NCBI GenBank assembly: GCA_030141605.1
Contig: JAQGDQ010000425.1
Coordinates: 124,001-188,000 of the forward strand
Direction of reading: 5' to 3'
Origin: Tubiluchus corallicola
Taxonomy: Eukaryota; Animalia; Priapulida
Length of the DNA stretch: 64,000 nt
This document shows, piece after piece, positions 43,886 through 56,276 of this stretch. The position numbers and the translations under genes are program-made. Within the stretch, counting starts at the first letter, position 1; each line of letters opens with the position of its first letter. The notes beneath the pieces were generated by a model. The model worked only from the letters and a program-made list of their open reading frames with translations, did no database searches and was not told the DNA's origin.

Positions 43886-44849
43886 GAACGAACGAGTAAA
43901 TGAAAATTATCAGAAAGAAGAAAAAATGTATAGAAATGAAAGCATGAAGAAAAATGTAAGAAGAACAAGGAAAAATGAGCAGAAAAGCATAATACAGCCA
44001 ACTGCGATGAAAATTTTGCAACTACTGTGCTCATTACCAAGACCTGGATTTGAACTCATTGTGTGCAAATCAAACACGTTCTACGCCACACAATGTGGTT
44101 TGCGCAAACTTACGAATATGCTCTGAATATAATGAAGAGTGACAGCGAATGGAAGAGATGATTATTAAGTACAGGCATATATATATAAAACATTTATAAA
44201 AAATTATTTCAAGTGGTAATGACGGTTCATACGAATACTGAGAACTCAATCACCTGCCTTTGCTTTTCATATTAAAAGTTTGTATTTGGGAACAAGTGCA
44301 GACAGACTAGGTGATATTTTAAACTGAATTGGCGGTTCACGCCATTGACCAACGTTGGCGGTGTCCATTCTTCCATAAATCAGAGACTGAACGTCCAAAA
44401 CACGTCAAAAACATGCACCACACAACACGCAGTCGTTTCTAGGAGAGGTCATAGATACGTGAGAAAGAGGACGTGGATGTGCAAGATTAATATCTCACTG
44501 TCTGATCCAAAAAATGTGAAGCAGTTCGATTCCAAAATGATACAAGTTTTGATGCCTCTTCCATAACTATATGAAGTAGGCCTATTACGTTTTAAGCTCC
44601 AGGAGACAGACGGGAATACCCCAAATGCTGTGCTTCCATAATTGTATCTGATATGATTAAGTTGAGATTGAAGATGCTGAGGACCCGCGCTCTACATACG
44701 CCGCCAGTTTGTAAACACTCGAAGATTGACTGGACACATATGTTGAGAAAATAACGTGTCCTCTTGGAGCTACTCTGCTGCAGCCGACTTTGCAAAAGCT
44801 AAAGCAGAAACAGGTCAGGACGTTTGCTGGTCAAAGAAATGGCTATTAT

Positions 44850-45085
44850 CAGGGCCTGTTTCAGGGGGGGGGAGTGGGGATACTTCCCCGGGGCCTCACC
44901 CTCCGGGGGAACCTCGCGCCGAGGTAACATTTTTTTGCTTTATGCGAACATACTGTATAACTCCATATTTTCTCTTCGAAAATGCTTCTCCGGCGTTCTA
45001 GCAGTTCAAAAATTTTCTGGGCCTCCCCCGAGGAGGCCTCACACGCCACTTTCCCGGGGCCTCGCTTTGGCTGAAATAAGCCCTG
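44850..45085. mobile_element. hAT-type MITE, 236 bp, GC-rich
   Basis: TIRs cagggcctgtttcag / ctgaaataagccctg; 8-bp TSD gctattat (44842-44849) / gctatcat (45086-45093). Confidence 0.85.
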
Positions 45086-45770
45086 GCTATCATCTCAAAC
45101 TTTACGAAAAAGATAACTAAGGCAAAGAAGCCTATGACACCCAACAAAATTAAGGGAACCTAAATCATGTACTAAGAGAATAGTTTCGTTTGTAACAAGC
45201 TGGATAAGTGAGAATAGACAACATCATTTCTGCTGACGATAACTGAAGCTTGTAGAACAGAACTGAAGCTCCTAGAATAGATAGTCTAATCTAAACAGGC
45301 CCTTACGATTTATGAATAGCTACGACAAACAATAGATCAGCTGGATAAGACCTGAACTCATTCATTTTTTACACATATTCCTCAAATCCCGTGGTACATT
45401 AATAGAGAAAAAAAACATGCGAAGCGAAGAATCCCGATTTAAATAACATTTAATTCGTTTTTCAGATCAAATCCATTCATTAACTGTCCGACTACTTACT
45501 TGATCTTACAAACCCATACACAATCGTAAACAAACAATTATGACCACACACCACATATAGGTAGGCGAGCTATAAATACATATGCAGCACAAATCGTAAA
45601 GAATTTTATGTACACGCAGCCACATTATTTAACGCATTGCACGTCAATTTAAAGCATTCACATGTACATCCTACACAATGAAACACCAGGAAATGAAATA
45701 AGTCGTGGTTGTAAACTTCAGGATGCCAGTTTTCCCACCCCTGATTTCCGCCACATCCACTGGACTATTT

Positions 45771-46439
45771 ATTGTGTCAAAAGGGGTGGGTAGCTGATAG
45801 CAACATCAATGATTTCTCGTTAAAAATTAGGAGAAGGAGCTCACATGATACGCTAAATATCTCATAGAATTGAAACTGAAAACAAGACTTATTAAACGTA
45901 TTAACAGAACTACGGTATTCTCAGCAGCAGTATAACTAAATTTAAATCTTGGCAAACAGCCAAAAACGCCTAAAACGAACGTTTCATGTATCTAGTCACG
46001 ACGACAGTAACGTTATTCCACTATAAATTTCACACTTATTTTATTAGTAGTTTAAACTTTGAATATTCAAACATTAATTTTCGCTCTGTTTCCAAAGAAG
46101 GGCCTTCTAAATCAAACGATCCAATGTAAATGATGTTTGTCCGGACATGACAACAATTTATTACGTTTGCGCCTATAAACGTATAGGATTTCTAAAGTTA
46201 CCGAGTTTTGCCATATCATAAACAATGTTGAGCAACCTACGTACGAAACCTGACTTCCTGTTTACGAAGCCGGCAGCATGTGAATTAAGCAGAAAATTTG
46301 TGAAAGGAGCGAGTCGAATACATACTTTTAATATGAAAAGCAAAAGCAGGTGATTGAGTTCTCAGTTACTATTAAACTAAAATTCGTATGAACCATTATT
46401 ACCACTTAAAATATTTGTTTAAAAATGTTATATATATAT

Positions 46440-46475
<36 letters not shown>

Positions 46476-46572
46476 TTTATATTATATATATAGCGTATCA
46501 TGTTAGCTCCTCCCAATTTTTAATGAGAAATCATTGATGTTGCTATCAGCTACCCACCCCTTTTGACACAAT
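45771..46572. repeat. ~85-bp near-perfect inverted repeat pair (45771-45855 and 46491-46572); right arm embedded in (AT)n
   Basis: attgtgtcaaaaggggtgggtagctgatagcaacatcaatgatttctc... versus ...gagaaatcattgatgttgctatcagctacccaccccttttgacacaat. Confidence 0.9.
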
Positions 46573-46764
46573 ATATATATATGAATATAAGAATATATAT
46601 ATATAGTTAGAAAATCACTCTTAAAACTATTAATCAGTAATAATAATGTTTAATTAAAATTACTGTTGTTTTCAGAAAAACATAGGCCTTATTTGAGGTT
46701 TTTTGAGATAGTTTAGTCATTAGGTCATGCTATTTTAATAACTAGCAGGCAAAAGAGAAAAAAT

Positions 46765-47024
46765 GGGTTACGTCAACCATACAAAGTGACAGAATTTGTC
46801 TGTTGTCTAATTGGTTACGTAATTACGTAAAATTAACGAAGTTCAATTTTGTCGTTATTAATTATCCGGTGACCTATTACGTCAACCATACAAACTGACA
46901 CTGTTACCAGGGCAACCAAGAACACATCAACAAAAAAAGGAAACGTTAAACACTGTTAACTGTAACACTTATTAAGGACAGCATTTATAATCTAACGTGC
47001 GTTAAAAATTCTGACGTAATCGAG
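46765..47024 (+). promoter_or_regulatory. Putative promoter of the CLEC16A-like gene: clustered bZIP sites and an RFX X-box
   Basis: TTACGTCA at 46768 and 46877 (inside a duplicated 24-mer); tandem TTACGTAA at 46815 and 46823; TGACGTAA at 47012; GTTACCAGGGCAAC at 46903-46916; ATTGG at 46810. Confidence 0.55.
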
Positions 47025-49499
47025 ATGTTAGCCAAGACGAAGGCAGAATATTCATTAAAACACCTAAGGACGCTGCAGCAGATCCTAGAAGGCAACCAGG
47101 AACAACTAACCTGGATCGACCGTAAAATGGTTGTGGAAGTTATGCGTCAAGTGGGAGAGTGTGTTGTCTGGGGAGACCAAAATGACACCAGAGTGGTAGA
47201 ATTTTTTTACGAAACCAACATGATAAAGCTGATGCTGAAAATAGTAAAGTGCGCAGAAGGCCGAGGGACATGCGCTGTTCAGTTCCTTCAAACGATGAAC
47301 ATGCTTGTCCAGAATATCACTGACGAAACTTCCATGTATTACCTGCTGTCAAACAATCAAATGAATGTAATCATCAGGTTTCGCTTCAATTTTTCGAATG
47401 AAGAGATTATTGGATATTACATAACGTTCCTGAAAGCACTGTCGATGAAACTCAATGAGCGTACCATACATTTCTTCTATAACGAACAAGCAAATGACTT
47501 TCCTCTTTATACAAGGGCCATAAAGTTCTGTAATCACAGTGAAATTATGGTAAGAAATGCTGTCAGGATGTTAACTCTCACAGTCTACAAATCTGCTGAT
47601 AAAAATGTACTCAATTTCATACTCAGGGACAAGAAAGCTGCCTTGTACTTCTCCAACTTAGTCTGGTTCATTGCCAAACATGTCATTCAAATGGACAGCT
47701 GTATTCAAGACATCAACCATACTACCAGTTCTCAAATTAACGTCCGCATCGTTGAGCATTACAATTACCTTCAATACATTAATGATATTCTAATGCTCGG
47801 TATTGAAGACATCAACAATGTTCTCGTAAACCTACTGCTAAACCAGTTGTTCATCCCTTTGTATGTACAATCCCTAAGAAAGGAAACGAAAGAAGACAAC
47901 GACTTTGATGCTAGGGCAGAAAAAACCTGTTTAAGTTCAAACATTGCCATGTACCTCCTTTCACAAGTCTTCCTTGTCATAGAACATGCACCATTGATAC
48001 ATCAGCTTGCTAGTGCCATCTTCAATGATCATAAACCACAACATCAGTTAGGTATAGTTAACCGGATTCTATCCAAACATAGCTTTAGCCAAACATCCAT
48101 AAGCAACCACAGCTTTTCAATTACAGGAGAACAAGAAAACATGGCAGCTGATAAATTAAAAACACACATGCAAATATTTCTCAAAGACAGACCCTACTTA
48201 GATGCCATATTCAGTGCACTGGAATGTGCAGAAAGTGATTACCACGCGTTAATTGCTCTTTACTTGCTCTTTGGTATTCATTACCACCCATGTCTTGCTG
48301 AAGATGTGATGCTTACCACCATCTTAAAACCTGTTGATGATTCCATTAAACTGAAATATTTGCATAACACAATACTAGGAGAACGCCTAATCAGAATCAT
48401 TACCATTAGTAGTCATCCTAACAGCAACGTGAGACCAATAACACTGGAGATAGCCACTCTGGTCCTTAAAGAACTTGTGAAAAGTAAAAAAGGTGCCAGT
48501 TTTGTACAACACGCTCATTTGGCAAGAATACAAGAAGCTTTAAAGGAGTCGGTACTGCAGCTGCAGTTATTTTACCAGACAGAAGAAGCATTTCTAGATT
48601 TATTTGAAAACGAATACGAGCAGCTCACTTCTGTTTGCCTAAATGTGGAGCAACTGACATTGGACCCCAATCTTCTGTTACCATATGAATGTCCCTGCAC
48701 ATTAAGGACAGAATTTGCTAGACGCTTGCCACACGGGGATGTTGAACGAGCCAGAAGGGGCATCTACAACTTCTTGTTAATAAGAGATCTGTCACTGACG
48801 CTGAGGTATCAACCGGAAACGCAATTACCTCTCACAAATCCTAACCAACTCACAAACTTAAATGACATCTTTGATCTCTCAGGAATCAAAGTGACAATGT
48901 GTATCCACGTCACTGGCGATGGCCAAAAGTTGCAGAGACTTATGACCACTGACAACTGGCAGATGATCCTTTTAAGACCAGACCCCGTTATGCCCGATCG
49001 TGGCATTGTTTCCTTCGTTGGACTTCTACAGGACCTTGAGGTCGTCATCCTACGTAATACCAATCATTTCCTACACATTTCAATTCCAAAGCCATATTCA
49101 TTAACTTCCAATGAAGACACCTGTCAGCAGACTCTGAAACTGGCCTTTGAGAATCACAGTTCGGCTGTGCAAGCAAAACGACATCTAGAGTTTGGCAAGA
49201 TTAAAGCTCGTCAACAAAAGATGATGCAGATTGCCAGGATACTTGACCTACAACTTAGACCAATGCCGATGGAAGCGACATCAAATGTGCAGGAGGAATA
49301 TCCTTCACACCGTTGTACTTCAATGCCAGGTGATTTCCAAGCCAAGTCTCGACTAGTTAACACAGACAAAATGTCGCATGACTCGATGACCACAATTAAT
49401 GAACTTCCACATCGGCATAATGCTAGACGATCAGTCTCTATGGGAACAGAACGCAAAGTCAGCTTTTCGGTAGCATGGAACGATAAACAACAATTTTAA
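47025..49499 (+). CDS. CLEC16A: Intronless CLEC16A/gop-1/Ema-family protein (FPL domain), 824 aa, probable retrogene nested antisense in srGAP intron 1
   Basis: WGDQND, YYLLSNN, EEIIGYYITFLKALSMKLNERTIHFFYNE..NDFPLYT.AIKF.NH.E.MVR.AVR and RRLP.GDVERARR...PETQLPLT match CLEC16A; single uninterrupted 2475-nt ORF. Confidence 0.93.
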   Translation: MLAKTKAEYSLKHLRTLQQILEGNQEQLTWIDRKMVVEVMRQVGECVVWGDQNDTRVVEFFYETNMIKLMLKIVKCAEGRGTCAVQFLQTMNMLVQNITDETSMYYLLSNNQMNVIIRFRFNFSNEEIIGYYITFLKALSMKLNERTIHFFYNEQANDFPLYTRAIKFCNHSEIMVRNAVRMLTLTVYKSADKNVLNFILRDKKAALYFSNLVWFIAKHVIQMDSCIQDINHTTSSQINVRIVEHYNYLQYINDILMLGIEDINNVLVNLLLNQLFIPLYVQSLRKETKEDNDFDARAEKTCLSSNIAMYLLSQVFLVIEHAPLIHQLASAIFNDHKPQHQLGIVNRILSKHSFSQTSISNHSFSITGEQENMAADKLKTHMQIFLKDRPYLDAIFSALECAESDYHALIALYLLFGIHYHPCLAEDVMLTTILKPVDDSIKLKYLHNTILGERLIRIITISSHPNSNVRPITLEIATLVLKELVKSKKGASFVQHAHLARIQEALKESVLQLQLFYQTEEAFLDLFENEYEQLTSVCLNVEQLTLDPNLLLPYECPCTLRTEFARRLPHGDVERARRGIYNFLLIRDLSLTLRYQPETQLPLTNPNQLTNLNDIFDLSGIKVTMCIHVTGDGQKLQRLMTTDNWQMILLRPDPVMPDRGIVSFVGLLQDLEVVILRNTNHFLHISIPKPYSLTSNEDTCQQTLKLAFENHSSAVQAKRHLEFGKIKARQQKMMQIARILDLQLRPMPMEATSNVQEEYPSHRCTSMPGDFQAKSRLVNTDKMSHDSMTTINELPHRHNARRSVSMGTERKVSFSVAWNDKQQF

Positions 49500-49500
49500 T

Positions 49501-49506
49501 AATAAA
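49501..49506 (+). terminator. AATAAA polyadenylation signal immediately after the CLEC16A-like stop codon
   Basis: TAA t AATAAA aaat. Confidence 0.5.
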
Positions 49507-49529
49507 AAATTCTTGTACATCTCTTATGT

Positions 49530-49800
49530 AATCACTGTCTATCTCTATCTGTCTGCCCGCTTATCTGTCTGTTTAAAAAGGCCGGTATTACTATCTACTT
49601 CTATCTGTCTGCTTGCTTGTCAGTCTGTGCATTTGTCTTCCCTCTATTTATCTATCTATCTATGTAGTAAAAGTATCTATCGAATAACATGGCAGAGCTC
49701 TGTTAGCAAGTAAGTAAGTAGGTAAATATAAAGTAAATAAGTACGCAAGTAAGTAAGTAAGTCAGTCAGTAAGTAAGTAAGTAAATAAGTAAGCAAGTAA
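49530..49800. repeat. Degenerate (CTAT/CTGT)n and (AAGT)n microsatellites
   Basis: Direct reading. Confidence 0.8.
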
Positions 49801-50261
49801 ATTACTTATTACAATTCACTTAACGTAAAGTCGTCAGCCATGAATCGCAAATCACTCGTTAAGTACAAACTCAAAGTGAAGCTCAATTTTATCAAACTCA
49901 AATTTCTCCATAGCGTTTCTCCCGCTAAATATTACCCATGTCAACCTGATAATCATGGACTAACATGGCCTCGCTGACCCCGGATGCAGCCTTTACGTGG
50001 TCCACACAGTGATTGAACTTATTACCCACAAATTTGCATTGACTATGAGCCAGATTCCAGTCTTGCCACACACCATCAGTTGCTGTTCGGGAGCTGGATT
50101 CTATCTTACAAACTGATTAACTAACTGTGTAAAATTGTTTAAAATTGGGTTCAGACAGACAGACTTTTGGGAGTTATTAAAAATAAACCTATAGTAACAC
50201 TGGCAAGAACTCATAAGGTAAATCGAAGGCATGAACTTACACAATATTTCAACGGTAACGA

Positions 50262-50550
50262 AATAGTGGTAGTAGTAATAGTAGCAGCAGCAGTAGTAGC
50301 AACAGCCAGCAGTAGTAGCAGTAGTAGCAACAGCCAGCAGCAGCAGTAGTAGCAACAGCCAGCAGCAGCGGTAGTAGCAACAGCCAGCAGCAGCAGCAGA
50401 AGTAATAATGGTAGTAGTCGTGAGTCATAGTCGTAGTAGTAGTAGTGGTAGTAGTAGTAGTTGCAGTAACAGTAGTAGTAGTAATGGTAGTAGTAGTCGT
50501 CGTAGTGGTAGTGGTAGTATTTGTAGTAATAGCAGTGGTGGTGGTGGTAG
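50262..50550. repeat. (TAG/CAG/TGG)n trinucleotide array
   Basis: Direct reading; source of the poly-T/L/V ORFs. Confidence 0.92.
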
Positions 50551-53384
50551 ACAATTTATTTTGATAATTTCGACATAAATGTTACACAAACAACATGACA
50601 ATTACAGATGTCAAGGAGACTGCTACAAGAAAAAACTGCAAGGTCGCAGACGTTGCCACCAGAAAAACTTTTTTTGAATTTTTGCAAGCAATACTTTGAT
50701 ATTACAAAAAAAACTTGCATGACTTAATCAATTAAAGCACTTAAACAACGAATCGGACACAATTCTGGTCGTAATTTAGTCCTGTTAAAGTTTAAAAACA
50801 AATTTCCATTTTATTAATAATACTGATTACGATGAACGCATTAATTTTGCCAATCAAAGCCGTTAAAAATACCCACGAACAGCGTCAAAAAGTAACAAGT
50901 GAAGTTGCCGCTAGATGGCAGCATGTCACCAGTGCATTCAATTTTTCTGACATGAGCTAAACCCGCCCATAATGCATGGAAAAATTAAAATAATTCATCC
51001 TAGGGTCAATTCACTTAGATTTTTAAAAACTTCGCATGCGACTATCTCGAACTTGCTTGAAAAAATTCAAAAATACTTCAGTACCTGTAATGAACACATA
51101 CAAACTTTTAAGAGTAGAACTTCTATAGCTCTTGATTGTGATATTAATTGTGAACTTATGTGAACGCCGTTTATTTTTACTCACGAGTACCCGATTTACG
51201 TTTTTAGCACGGTTTCATCACTTGGTGAAAACAAAACGAAAAGCACTTGCAAAAATTGAAACAAGTGTGAACGAGGCCTTCACTTCTCTTACCCTGTACA
51301 TGTCCGTTGTGTCCTTACTAGAAAAATAAAGCATTTTCGAAACCAAAAGAATTATTATAAAATTCTCTCTGCACTGGTCGAAATGTTAAACGTATAACAT
51401 GCCTATAAAATTAGTACAACATCATCTAAAACAATCAGCTACAGCCGTTTTGTGATTACGAATAATAATCTAGAAACCATTAACTAAATTTTCTATTATA
51501 CCCATTGCATAAAATGATAACAAATTGCATTTGCTATTGAACTCTTATTTCCTGGACGGAGGGGTCTTTATGACTCACAGAATAACACTTCGTGATGACC
51601 AGTGGTCGTTGAGATTGATCATTGATCAATACTAATTAGTTTTACACTATCCTTGCTAACACACGTAGGCACACAGTCAATCAATATTGCTAAAGTATTT
51701 GGAAATAATTAACGTATTGATCGGCAGAAGGAAGAATAATTATGATAGTTTCAAGATTCTTAAAAATAACACTTTCCCGCACGTACCTTAACAAAATTAA
51801 TACGAGGAAGTTAGTACATTAATAGTGCAGTGTAATTAAATTAAATACTTAATAACTAAATAAATAAATAGACGATAACAGTTATGGGCTATTATAACCA
51901 TTGCAAACAAATTTTTGGGAAAGTAGGTACTTCAAAGGCTGAAGTGGCAGAGCCCTGATAGCCAAGTATTCAAAGATTAAAGGACAGCACATGTAAAACT
52001 GGTTTGGGAGAATAGAAACGTACATGTATAATCATTATGATTATTACTATATTACCATGTAGTCATGATCAACTATATTAAAATGTAACATTTCACAAGG
52101 ATAATTGAGGATAATATACAAGCCTTGGAAGTGGAATAAGAAAAGCATGTCCTACCATCTATTGTCAAACAAAGTATATTTATTATATTATTTGCTCGCA
52201 CACTATTCGCTATCCTTAATTTCTTGCGTTTTTACAGTACGTAAGCAAGTAACATCTTTATTCGCCATAATAATATTGAGAATCATAACAACATATTAAG
52301 GTATTCAATCAGTGAAAGTTAAAAAACGTACATTGTTGGAGATAAATGCGACAGTGCAAAATCTAAACTGCGAGTACAAAAAGAAAATATCACATATATA
52401 GGCCTTATGCTCCTTGTATTGCAAATATGTTTTATAGAATTATTATTACAAATAAAAACTAATTAATTAACTGGCAACCTATGACAAGCTATTAAATACG
52501 AGAAAGAACATTCACAAACTTTCGAAAAATCAGGTATCATAATTTTTGATGATAACGACGCGTAAACACGCAATGAACGTAAACAACAAACCAGAACACG
52601 TAAACAAATTTACCCTTTACACTGCTGCAATCCTAAATCAAACAAATGTACGCATAACTTCCTACGATTCTCACCTGACAATCAATTTCACGTAATCAGT
52701 TGATATAATTCCTGTCTAGCAACATTTGTCAGCTTATTCTAGAAACGCTAATACCTTAAACAGTTCATATCGTGGCCCAAATTTGTGCTAGAATTGTGGT
52801 TTAAAACAGTCAAAAACGGTTATCTATAGAGAGAGTCGGGGCAAAGAGAGACAGGGGTGGGGGAGTTGGAACATTTAAAGCACAAGAAAACCCTCCACTT
52901 TGATAAAGCTAAAAAAATTCGTGTTGAAATTTTGTACTACTTACATACTGCCTCTTAACATACAGTGCTTGTAACGCTGTACAGAACATACAAATTTAAA
53001 CCCCGCGATGACCGTTAGACGCAGCCATTTTGACAATAAGTCATTTAAAACAAGTTTAGATAAGATTCTGTAAAGTTTGAAAAAATAATCAGAGCATTCG
53101 TAGCCCACACGTTGCTAATTAAGTAAAATTTTTAATTACTGTATTTTGTCAATAAGATTAAAAGTACATTTTTTCATTAGTCAGTGGCTAGTCACTTTTT
53201 TGTGACCTATTTTTATCCTGTTTTATGTAACTTTTGCAAGTTGTCCATATAGGGTCACACGTCACTTCTGTTATTCTTACAACGTGTCATCAAATGCAAA
53301 CTTTTGTATACAGCACACTTGTTACAGGCCAACATGTGTAATGGTATAAGGCGTTTGGATAGTGTCTTTTGTTAGTCAACTTTA

Positions 53385-53683
53385 CTGTCCTGCTATGCCC
53401 TTGTTGTCCTGCTATGCCCTTGCTGTCCTACTATGCCTTCACTGTCCTGCTATGCCCTTGCTGTCCTGCTATGCCTTCACTGTCCTGCTATGCCCTTGCT
53501 GTCCTGCTATGCCTTCACTGTCCTGGTATGCCCCTTGCTGTCCTTCTACGCGCTTGTTATCCTGCTATGCCTTTACTGTCCTGCTATACCTTCGCTGTCC
53601 TACGCACTTGCTGCCCCACTGTATCCTTGCTGTTCTGCTGTGTCCTTGTTGTCCTACTATGTCTTTACTGCCCTGCTATGCCT
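53385..53683. repeat. 19-bp minisatellite, ~16 copies, decaying rightwards
   Basis: Alternating ctgtcctgctatgcccttg and ctgtcctgctatgccttca. Confidence 0.93.
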
Positions 53684-55792
53684 ACATCTTGATTTTTTTA
53701 AAAATGCTTACAATATTTTACAATTGAAGGTATGATAGTGTTTAAGACATCAGCAATAAAAGTATTTGTAAGAAGAAAATAGAGTCAGACCAAAGTCTGC
53801 TGGGTAGGGCTAGGGTAACTAGAAATGTTTTCCATTAAGCACTCCTCTGCCTCTGGCCTATATGCCCTGCATTACTTGGAAGTTGTAAATGCAATCGCAT
53901 AAGTCATGTCGTAATACAGGTAAACAATTTCTGTCTTACGGCTACACGTCTGCACTGCTGTTGGCTTCAGCGTATTACTGCCATACCTGCCCCTGGTTGT
54001 CATCGACATAGATTTGGCATAAAAAATAATTTTAATGAAATTATAAAAACTAAAATCACGTACGTCGCAGAATGAAATTATTTAAACTACGTAATAGCCA
54101 TTTTACTTGCGCTATATTTAGTCTACCTTCTCTAAATTCGTGTAACATTCAATAAAAAAAATACTCAGTCACAGCTGCACGAAAATATGACCATCTAAAA
54201 AAGCTGGTTTAAACTGTTTAAAATTTCAATAGATTTTCTCCAATGGGCGAATTCCTTTCGTCCTCATTCACAAAACGCTCGAGGCTGCAGACATAAACAT
54301 AAACGAGCAATACGCCTTCCACATCGCTGCATCCACTGCGTCACCATGGTAACATCTGATGTGAAACGATAATGACAACTCTATTTCATGCATAAAGGTC
54401 CTTTTAATCAGGATTAATCACGTAAATTGTGAATAAGCAACACTTTTAACGGCTAGTCCTGGGGTGAAAATACACATGAAAACCAACAAGCAAGGAAAAC
54501 TTTTGAGTTAAAGCGGAAAAATCGCCTACCCGTCATATATAGACGCCCAAATTTACTGCTGGTACAGCCATACCACCCGCACAAAACTTAGAAATAAAGC
54601 AACAGCAACTACCACTGAAAAACACTCTCATAAAAGGAACAAGTTGGTTAACTCTCTGCACAACAATTATGTAATGGTAACATGCAAAACTGCAGAGTTC
54701 TCAGTATCTTAAAGCTCAAGTTTGGTAGCACTTATTCTTAAAGGTCTTTAAGAAACTTAGGAATCCAAGCTATTGATGGCATGCAAGCTGGCGGATTCAA
54801 ACTGGACGACAAAAACAACGAGAAAACATTGAAAGAAAGAAATGATTGTGAAATGACAAAATTTCAAATTTCAATACTCAACCCAACCCTTGCAAGTTCT
54901 AAAACATTTTCAAATAAATTGTTCATACAAACTTTCTGCAAAAAAATAAAATTTATTGTCAAAGAAGGCAGTAAGAATCATCCAGTAAAGCACTAAAAAT
55001 ATTAAAGAAAAGGGTACAATGCACAATTAAAGCCTAACAAAAAAGTAAAGGGTATAACAAGCGTATGCTGCTTAAACAAATTCAAACTTCTGTGGCTTAG
55101 CTAACATGCATGCAAAAATATCACAAAATTAAATATCTCATTTTTTGTAAAACAAAACATAATCTATTATGCTTCTGACAGAAATTCAAAGTGCACTGCT
55201 TTTCTTCATTTGATGAATGATGTCATTGGTGGAAGAATGGGCATTCCAAATGGGAGCGCCCAAGCCTGAAATGATCGCTACTTTAAAGTGATTTTACTAA
55301 ATATACGAGGCATAAAGAGACAGCTCATGGAACAAGTTCTCTTAGAAGAATTGTGACAAATTTATGTACCAGGAATTCTAGTGAAAACACAAATAAAAGT
55401 AAAAGTACAAATTCCTCTCCCATGGAATTTTTTACACACCTCGACACAGGGCACTCCGTACAAAGACTTCTGCCTTTGGCACTCCCGAATCCAGCATTCA
55501 ACAACAGGGTCTATTCAAGGACTGGAACACGGCTCATTATCGTGAATTAAGGTGGTCAGCCACGTGCTGGTACAATAATGCCGCTAATAGTATTAAATAT
55601 AAATTATAATACTGATTTACAGTTTCAAAAGTATATTTTATATACTTATATCAAACGTAAAATTCTAAGTTATTTATCTTCTCCAAAATAGCGCGATGCC
55701 GTCATTTATACAGTAGATTCATTGAACTATACACAGTATACATAATTCACTGCAAAGGTTCCGAAAAATAGTTGTAGGTAAAGCAAACATAC

Positions 55793-55856
55793 CTTTAGTG
55801 TGAACATCGAACTCTTGAATGAACTCCTTATCCCGCTTGCTTGGCTTCTTTTCCAT
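55793..55856 (-). CDS. SRGAP: srGAP canonical first coding exon (MEKKPSKRDKEFIQEFDVHTK-D)
   Basis: 64 nt from ATG to AAA G|gtatgt, phase 1. Matches vertebrate srGAP exon 1 (..FKKDKEIIAEYDTQVK-E) and splices in frame to 403-586. Confidence 0.88.
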
Positions 55857-56276
55857 CTTTTGTAATAAGTGTAGGCTATACGATGGTATTAAAATAAAGA
55901 AAAAATGAATGTCACAACCATAATAATCACAACCTGGAAGCACTGATTGCACAGGTTGTCCCTCGTTGCATTTTGGGTATGAATGTCACGTGATCAAAAC
56001 AAATTTTCCGGATGTGATGTCACAACAATTTTAACAGAAGTAAACCAATCAACGCACATGTTAAAAATAAGAGCAAAAATTAGCCAATCAGAAAGCCTAT
56101 TTTATTTAAAGGGCCAGCGTTTCCGTGTATTGCTCAAGCCGAAAGATTATCGTTTTCTGTTACAAATGTTTTAAAATAATAATTTTGTGAAGTTAGTTGT
56201 CGAAATTTTATGACTTACGCTGTCTATGAACAGTTTGTGATAGTGAGGGAAAGACTTTTAGTATCGTTGGTTGACA
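55857..56276. promoter_or_regulatory. Bidirectional promoter and 5' UTRs between srGAP and FAM72 (420 bp ATG-to-ATG)
   Basis: GTCACGTGA E-box at 55985-55993; TTCCGGATGT ETS-like site at 56006-56015; CCAAT at 56045 and 56084; TTTAAA (CHR/TATA-like) at 56105-56110. Confidence 0.7.

Noticed and set aside
43611-44040. Hydrophobic multi-pass-looking ORFs
   Set aside because: Antisense reading of a purine-rich/TGAA low-complexity tract.
47106-49456. Several antisense ORFs within the CLEC16A-like gene
   Set aside because: Shadow ORFs of the real coding strand.
53362-53735. Cys-rich ORFs in three frames (metallothionein/keratin-associated look)
   Set aside because: The 19-bp minisatellite lacks stops and its period is not a multiple of 3.
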